DNA of 64,000 bases, from assembly GCA_964016885.1 (NCBI GenBank), contig OZ024761.1:19158001-19222000 (forward strand). The letters run 5' to 3'. Below the pieces are notes generated by a model that worked only from the letters and a program-made list of their open reading frames with translations, was not told the DNA's origin and ran no database searches. Made by a program: the position numbers and the translations under genes. Positions 56,860 to 64,000 of this stretch are shown here, in pieces; position 1 is the first letter of the stretch, and each line of letters begins with the position of its first letter. This DNA comes from Eledone cirrhosa (taxonomy: Eukaryota).

Positions 56860-59088
56860 ATGAGACAGAGCAGACCAGAGGCCCAACAACTTGGGATAAA
56901 ACCTGTAGAAGGCTTGGTTAGCCTCAAGCAGCGCACAAGGGATGGTGAGGTAGTGTGTCTACCCACAGATAAGTCTGGTAGGATGTCAATAGATAGCATG
57001 CCGAACTACATCGAGGCAATGCAACCCCACATCACCAACACGAGCGAAGTTGCACAACTAACACACGATGGGAGAGAAAAAATCCTCAACGCTCACATGA
57101 TGATGTGGACTGACATCCTAAAGCCAAGCAGACGCACTGCCAACAACTTCCAGGCGTCTAACAATGGCATACCACCCTTGTATGGGCTCCGCAAAGACCA
57201 CAAGACAGTCGACGACCCGACAATAGGACCACCAACAAGACCTGTATGCGGAGCTAATATAGCTAGCAACTACAGGATCTCCTACTTCCTCTCAATGGTT
57301 ATACGCCCCATAATCAAGATGTCCCCAGATGTATGTGAAAGTACAGAGGACCTCCTCAGCAGAATCAGTGAGTGCAACAAAAACAGGAGCCTATCCAACT
57401 GCATAATAGGCAGCATGGATGTGGTGTCACTGTACCCATCCATTAACATTGATTTTGCTGTGAAAAGATGTGTGGAGATGATCATTGAGAGTGAGGTGGA
57501 GTTCTGCGACGTCGACACAGACGAACTGGGCCTCCTACTTAGACTTACCTACGACACTGACTACCTAGACAGCCATGACCTTAGATGTTTCTGCCCTAGT
57601 AGACCTATAAGAGGTAGACCCCCCACCATAACCTCAATGGCTAAAAAGACTCCCATAGGAAGGTGGATTGGGTGGACCAAAGCTATACGGACCCCCCAAA
57701 ACACTGATCAGGTAAGAAAAATGGTCGCACATGCAATAGGGGCTAGTATCAAAACTACCCTAAAGGGCCACATATTTAAGTTCAATGAGAAAATCTACAC
57801 CCAAAATGAGGGAGCAGCCATCGGCGTCAGCATAGCTGGCGATGTTGCCAACCTTTTCATGGTATGGTGGGAAAGGAGACTTAAAGATCTCCTTAATGAA
57901 AGCTCCATAGACCTCATCATGTACTCTCGTTATGTAGACGATATCAATATAGTTATAAGAACACCCCCACTAGAGAGCACTAACAAGTTTGATTTAGAAC
58001 GTAGCACGATGGAAAGCATCCAGCAGATAGCTAATTCCATACACCAGAGTATAACTGTAACTATAGACTTCCCTTCCAAACACCCTAACAATAGACTACC
58101 TGTATTAGACACAGAACTCTGGATTAACACTATAGACGAGAGAGCCCAAATTCTCCACTCACACTATGCTAAACCCATGGCCTCCAAATACCTGATACTC
58201 AAAAACTCAGCAATGTCCAGTAGTGCTAAGTTTAATATTCTGATCGCAGATTTGGTACGAGTGATGAAGAATGTGTCCAGCATGTGCGACCCAACAGAAA
58301 TGGAAGGACACATCCAACACTTCATCAACCGCATGCAGTTCTCTGGCTACAACCAAAGAGACAGAGTCAGAGTATACGAAGGAGCCATGGAAAAGTATAA
58401 GACCCTCATAGAACTGGACATGAAAGGAATTTGCCCACTATACAGGAGCAAATCATGGAATAGCTTAGATAGGGCTAGACATAAGATAGGGAAGGCCACA
58501 TCATGGTACGACAACCAGAGATATCAGAGTGTCATGTTTGTGGACGCCACCCCTGGAGGGAAATTAGCTAACCAGTGTAGAAAGGCCCTGAGAAAGACCC
58601 ACTTAAAAATAAAGGTGGTAGAAAAGCCAGGAACCACCATAAAATCCCTGATCAGCAAAACCTACCCTTTTAAGAAAACCCACTGTACCAATAGGAAATG
58701 TATCATATGTAAGGTGAACCCCCGGATAAACTGTAAAACTAGAAACGTAGTCTATAGCATAAGATGTACAGAGGGTACTTGCAGAAACACGACAACAACA
58801 TACATAGGTGAGACAGCTCGTAGCATAGGTGAAAGGATAGACCAACACTGGGGGGAACTAAAAGGACGAAAAAACGGGTCAGTACTATACGAACATGCTA
58901 GACAACATCATGACGGTAACATAGACAACATAGAAATTAGAATAATATCTAAACATAGGAATGACCCAGCAGATAGGCAAATCAGAGAGGCCAGTGAAAT
59001 AGAAATTAGAAGACCAAAGCTAAACAGAAAGAATGAGTGGAACAACAACAACACCCAAACAAACAACACTGACCTAAGAGAAGTATAA
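56860..59088 (+). CDS. Penelope-like RT + GIY-YIG endonuclease (identical 742 aa; frame open upstream through the spacer)
   Basis: Same protein as the minus copy; the part of the 821 aa ORF-track call upstream of ~56786 is antisense read-through of the left arm. Confidence 0.92.
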   Translation: MRQSRPEAQQLGIKPVEGLVSLKQRTRDGEVVCLPTDKSGRMSIDSMPNYIEAMQPHITNTSEVAQLTHDGREKILNAHMMMWTDILKPSRRTANNFQASNNGIPPLYGLRKDHKTVDDPTIGPPTRPVCGANIASNYRISYFLSMVIRPIIKMSPDVCESTEDLLSRISECNKNRSLSNCIIGSMDVVSLYPSINIDFAVKRCVEMIIESEVEFCDVDTDELGLLLRLTYDTDYLDSHDLRCFCPSRPIRGRPPTITSMAKKTPIGRWIGWTKAIRTPQNTDQVRKMVAHAIGASIKTTLKGHIFKFNEKIYTQNEGAAIGVSIAGDVANLFMVWWERRLKDLLNESSIDLIMYSRYVDDINIVIRTPPLESTNKFDLERSTMESIQQIANSIHQSITVTIDFPSKHPNNRLPVLDTELWINTIDERAQILHSHYAKPMASKYLILKNSAMSSSAKFNILIADLVRVMKNVSSMCDPTEMEGHIQHFINRMQFSGYNQRDRVRVYEGAMEKYKTLIELDMKGICPLYRSKSWNSLDRARHKIGKATSWYDNQRYQSVMFVDATPGGKLANQCRKALRKTHLKIKVVEKPGTTIKSLISKTYPFKKTHCTNRKCIICKVNPRINCKTRNVVYSIRCTEGTCRNTTTTYIGETARSIGERIDQHWGELKGRKNGSVLYEHARQHHDGNIDNIEIRIISKHRNDPADRQIREASEIEIRRPKLNRKNEWNNNNTQTNNTDLREV

Positions 59089-59370
59089 ATAAATAAGTAA
59101 ATTAAATTAAATAAAATAAGATAAATAAATACATACACAAGCACATAAACACACACTAGTCACCCAGCAGACAACACTATACACACTAGTCACACATCAC
59201 ACATCACACATAACACTATACACACACGCAAACGCATGCGCAAAGAAGACAAAATAAAATAAGATAAACAAACAAGCAAATAAATAAATAAATATATAGA
59301 CAGACTGAACAAAAAAAAAAAAAAAATGGCGTAGACATACAACACAACAGGAGGAACAATGAATATAACA

Positions 59371-59410
59371 CCACTGACGATGTTGCAGATGTGCAACGAA
59401 AGATTTATGT
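59371..59410 (+). ncRNA. Minimal hammerhead motif in the Penelope-like 3' pLTR (mirror copy 54209-54248 -)
   Basis: cca-CTGACGA-t-gttgca-gatg-tgcaac-GAAA-gatt-TA-tg; perfect stem II, weak stem I. Confidence 0.6.
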
Positions 59411-59514
59411 AAACTATATATATATGTGTTTGTCTATATTGTATCTGTATTATTTTTGACCGCCGGTCAGTCAATGGCAACATTGAGGACCGAGTAAGTT
59501 AGATCGCAGATATA

Positions 59515-59526
59515 TATATATAAAAG
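59515..59526 (+). promoter_or_regulatory. Possible TATA box of the pLTR promoter
   Basis: tatataaaag about 30 nt upstream of cagtgagt; motif only. Confidence 0.3.
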
Positions 59527-59848
59527 ACAGCGAGAAGCGAAAACCAACCAAACAGTGAGTGTGTTCTGTTATTAATTCTGGCAATATTACGCAAATATGA
59601 CCCTCCCCAAATATAACAATATCTGTTTCGACACACGATTTCATATAAAAAACCTCGCAAAACTATATATATATATATATATATATAACAAAGAAATAGC
59701 CGTCGAAACAGCTTGAGGTCTGCCGTCGGGGTCCTGAGCATTTTCATATATATATATCAATGATATTATACTCCAGAAAATCTGTAGAGTGCTTTGAATC
59801 TGTTATAAATAAATTTGTTGAAAAACCAACAAATTAAATATCTCTTTG

Positions 59849-59903
<55 letters not shown>

Positions 59904-60024
59904 GACATGTATATATACACGGACACACACATATACATATATGGGTGCATGTGTTTGTATGTATTTATGTATATTATATGTACATATATGTGTGTCTGTG
60001 CATGTATACATATATACAAATATC

Positions 60025-60114
<90 letters not shown>

Positions 60115-60368
60115 TATATATATATATATACACCCTTGCAAGCAAGGAAAAGCGGACGTAAAATGATGATGATGATATATACACACATACACATATATAT
60201 ACATACACACACACACATATATATATATATACATACATGTGTTTGTGTATATATACACATATATACATATATACACATGTACATGTGTGTATGTATTTGT
60301 TAGGAAGATGAATTAAGATTAGATATTCACACACACCTACATACATACAGACACAAATATATATACAC

Positions 60369-60406
<38 letters not shown>

Positions 60407-60602
60407 CTGTCTCCTGATAACGGTAGTAATTAGATATTTGATATCTGCTGCTGTAGTGAAACACCAGGGAAGGACTTTAGGGATTTCTGGAAGGGTTTTT
60501 TGAAAACATCCTTAACAACTCACTACATGGGCCTCCTGCTGAGTCTCCAGATTTCGACTGTTTATTTACTTTATGACATGTGTGTAGGTGTATGATGTGT
60601 GG

Positions 60603-60631
<29 letters not shown>

Positions 60632-60639
<8 letters not shown>

Positions 60640-60816
60640 GTTTGATATAGAAATGGCTTCTACAGAACTACAACTGTTTCATTTGAAGGAAATCATTAGG
60701 AAAGCCTGATAATTTCCTTCGAATGAGATAGTTCTAGTCCTGTAGAAGCCATTTCTATATTACACATTATATACTTTACTTCCTGTGGTTACCCCCGATT
60801 GAACCTGGCATACTCA
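60632..60816 (+). mobile_element. Asymmetric fold-back element (gaaacagttctagtcctgtag family)
   Basis: Imperfect ~70 bp arms around 60702; tail ctgtggttacccccgattgaacc matches 53300-53330. Confidence 0.6.
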
Positions 60817-61004
60817 TATATATATGTACAGTTGTCCCCCGTATTTGCGGGGTGGTTACATTTGTAGAGCAGCCATGAAGATATATATGTACATCCAATA
60901 TAAATATCAACTAGCTTAAGTTACTACCTATTTCTAGTATCGAAATCCCTATTCAATTGGCCATCTTCTTTAGAAACACTTCACTATATATATATATATA
61001 TATA

Positions 61005-61393
61005 TATATCACAGAAAAAAAGAGAGAATCAGCGATGAATGGAATTTATTGGACATATTACAATCGTTTCTCTGGCGACCAGCTCGAGGCACGATCGATG
61101 TGATGATCGAACCTGAATCTGAAAATCGCAAGGTCCTCAGATACGTCTTGATTCTATGAAGCAGATTTTCCTGAGGGCCTTGCGATTTTCAGAGTCAGGT
61201 TCGATCATCACATCGATCGTGCCTCGAGCTGGTTGCCCAAGAAACGATTGTAATATGTCCAATAAATGCCATTTGTTGCAACACTGATTCTCTCTTTTTT
61301 TCTGTGATATTATAATACTCTGCTCTGTGAGAGCATCGAGTGCTCATACAGCCTACCACATACGGAGGACGCTTTAAGCATCCAACACCAGTT
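61005..61393 (+). mobile_element. Asymmetric fold-back element with hammerhead 3' half and tail
   Basis: Arms ~61006-61140 and 61171-61310, 30 bp spacer; GAAA-cgattg-TA-atatgtcc-aataaa; tail similar to 5401-5430. Confidence 0.7.
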
Positions 61394-63534
61394 ATATATA
61401 TAGTAATAATAATAAACGTGAAGACTAAAATCTGAAGAGAGCTCGATAAGGATAATATATATATATCAAATATATAAAAAAAACATATATATATAGTTTA
61501 CAAAAGATTGTTTTCAAACAAGAAAACAGATAAGGGTAGGTGAAGAAATTATTACAGCCCAAAATATGAGATTTATTACAATAAACTACTCAGAAGGCTA
61601 AATACAATTCTGTTTGAGTTGTATGAAAACATTAGCCATTAGGCTAAATCTGAAATTGATATGATTCTAAAATGGTAAAATGTTTCTTATATTCTCTTTT
61701 TATTGATTTTGATATATATGATTTGGTTGTTCTTCCACCCTAACTTCACCATGAATTTAATGTTTTGATGAAGACCATGTTGCCCAAGCAGGTAATGTCT
61801 TCTGACTGGTGGCGCCACGTTGCAGCATGCTTTTAAGGGTTCATGTTAGAATATGTTAGGACACGTTAGTACAAGAATGTACAGGTGCATTGAGATCAAA
61901 ATCCTGACATATGATTTTTAGCTATATACTTTTTCCACAAACTTTCTGAAGCCCCCTCGTATATGTACATCTGAAAGTGTATGTAGTTAAACAAAGCTGT
62001 TGTAGAAAACATGAAAGGTAAATTCTAAACCTTTGTTATAAACCTCTCCAGCTGTGTTATTCCCTAAAGTCCTCAACTACTATTATTATTATTATTTTCC
62101 ATTTCTTTTCTCCTGTGTTAAGATTCGGTGTGTCAATGTAACCTGCAACTTGCTAACCTTATTGTACAGGTGTGTACAGTTATATACACAAGTACATATA
62201 CAGGTATATACTCTGTGGTATATCATTACCATCATCATAATTATTATCATTACCATTGTTACCATCATCACCACCTCCACCATCAGCACCATCATCACCA
62301 CAATCGCCATTACTACCATCATCACCATCTTCCTCATCACTACCATTACCACCACCTTTACCATCAGTACCACCCTCATCACAACCACCCTTACCATCAG
62401 TACCATCACCACCTTTACCATCATCACCACTTTCCTCACCACCACCGTCACTACCATGATTATCATTGTTTTCATCATCATCATCACAATCATTGCTTTC
62501 ATTGTTATAATTATTTTTATCATCATTATTACCATTATAATTAAATAAAGAAATCATTAGTATTATCATTATCATCATCACCATTATATTTGTTTAACGT
62601 CCATTTAAACCAGCGGTCTCCAACTCAAGGACTCAAAAGGCCCGTTACGCCCTGGGTAGAGGCACAGTTGACCAAAAATTAGATGGGGGGGGGGGGGGGG
62701 GGGGGGGCATGATTTCCACCAGTTATAATGTTAATCTACAATACAGCTCATAGGCTGCTATCGACAGTCAATCGATGGAGCTCATCAAATCGGAGCAAGG
62801 AAACAATGTTTCCATTGGTCTTTCCAATTGCTAATACTGTCTGTCGGTCACAAATCCAGACAGAAGGAGCAATGTAAAATAAAGTGTCTTGTTCAAGGAC
62901 ATAATGCATTGCCTAGTCTAGGAATTGAAATCACAACCTCACGATTGTGAATCCAATTCTCTAACCACTCAGCCACGCACCGTATAAATATTTGAATATA
63001 TGCTGACCCCACTATTTCATGCCTGACAAATGGATAAAAATCCAAATCTTATTTATGTAGAATTTGAAGTTAGTAAAAATCGTCAAAATATTGACCCCAA
63101 ATGTAAACTGATCCTCCTCCTTTCTACCATTAATTTTTTGACCACATATTCCTCGGCTTATCTTCAGGTATATAGTCCAGTGATCTACTGATTCTGTCTA
63201 TCCACCATCATCCTTAATAATGATGATAATAATGAGTTTGGTCATTTGACTGATTAAGCAGTGAAATGACCAACCAATGAACTAACCAGACAATGAAATA
63301 ACCAATGAACACAGTATCATCATCATGACCATTTTATGTCCATGTTTCCACGCTAGCATAGGTTAAACGAGTTGACCTGTTGTGGGCAATGCCAGTTCAG
63401 GTGACAATGCCCTGCTCATACAGAACTGATTTTAGCTTGGTTTCTACAGCTGGATGCCCTTCCTAACACCAACTCCATTTACAGTGAGTACTGGGTACTT
63501 TTTGTCTTAACAGTATATATATATATTAATGGAT

Positions 63535-63775
63535 GGTGATCACTGGGAAAAGAAGTGCCAGGAAATCCCAGTAGAAGGAAGTTGCAGTAGAGGTAGACAA
63601 AAGGAAGACCTGGGCAGAGGTGGCGAGAGCTGATCTTAAATAGCTGAAACAAACAGAGGAGATGACAAAGGAACATGGGGAGTAGAGAGATGCTGTACTG
63701 ATAAATTATCCATCCAACCCATGCAAGCATTAAAAAATGAACATAAAAACAATGATAATGATGATGATGATGATG
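63535..63775 (+). mobile_element. RTE-clade LINE 3' end
   Basis: Degenerate G..RGR..KTW motif then aacccatgcaagcat...(GAT)n tail. Confidence 0.6.
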
Positions 63776-64000
63776 AAAGGAATCATTTTCAACAGGATCA
63801 ATATTATTACCCTTATCATCATCTTACATACATTTAAACCAGGGTTCTCAAAGTGGAGGGCTCAAAAGGGCCTTTATGACCTGAGGTCGAGGTGTGGAAA
63901 AAACAGACATAAAAACAATGACGATGATGATGATTTATATAATGAGAAGAAAAAACAAACAAAAACAAAAAAAAACAAACATAAAAATCAAAAGGTATCT

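Larger units (their letters stand above)
53997..59663. mobile_element. Penelope-like element as a ~5.6 kb head-to-head palindrome of two 5'-truncated copies
   Basis: Arms 53997-56785 and 56837-59622, 51 bp spacer; right copy has an extra ~40 bp tail; (TA)n on both sides. Confidence 0.92.

Overview
Repeat-saturated, AT-rich eukaryotic (animal) genomic DNA. The dense (TA)n/(CA)n/(ACC)n microsatellites and the SINE set look like an octopus/cephalopod genome (inference). Nearly all ORFs in the track are microsatellite translations. Two real coding features are present. (1) An intronless class A GPCR at 40128-41267 (+). (2) A Penelope-like retroelement (RT plus C-terminal GIY-YIG) present as a near-perfect ~5.6 kb head-to-head palindrome at 53997-59663, with tails pointing outward into (TA)n. 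Read by eye, the window also holds about 10 miniature versions of the same architecture from several unrelated families: (TA)n - short arm - turn - long arm plus extra tail - (TA)n. There are also about 10 minimal type I hammerhead ribozyme motifs, three with a C in place of core U4 and several with very long stem II. The extra tails of unrelated families begin with a shared, covarying bulged hairpin (YACTC..inner stem..TN-GAGTRC) right where the short arm stops; this is a candidate cis-acting RNA element for priming on (TA)n. Other mobile remnants: tRNA-SINEs, RTE-, CR1-, Tx1- and R4/Dong-like LINE fragments, a nested non-autonomous Helitron, a piggyBac-like MITE and several minisatellites. 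Coordinates were read manually and may be off by a few bases.
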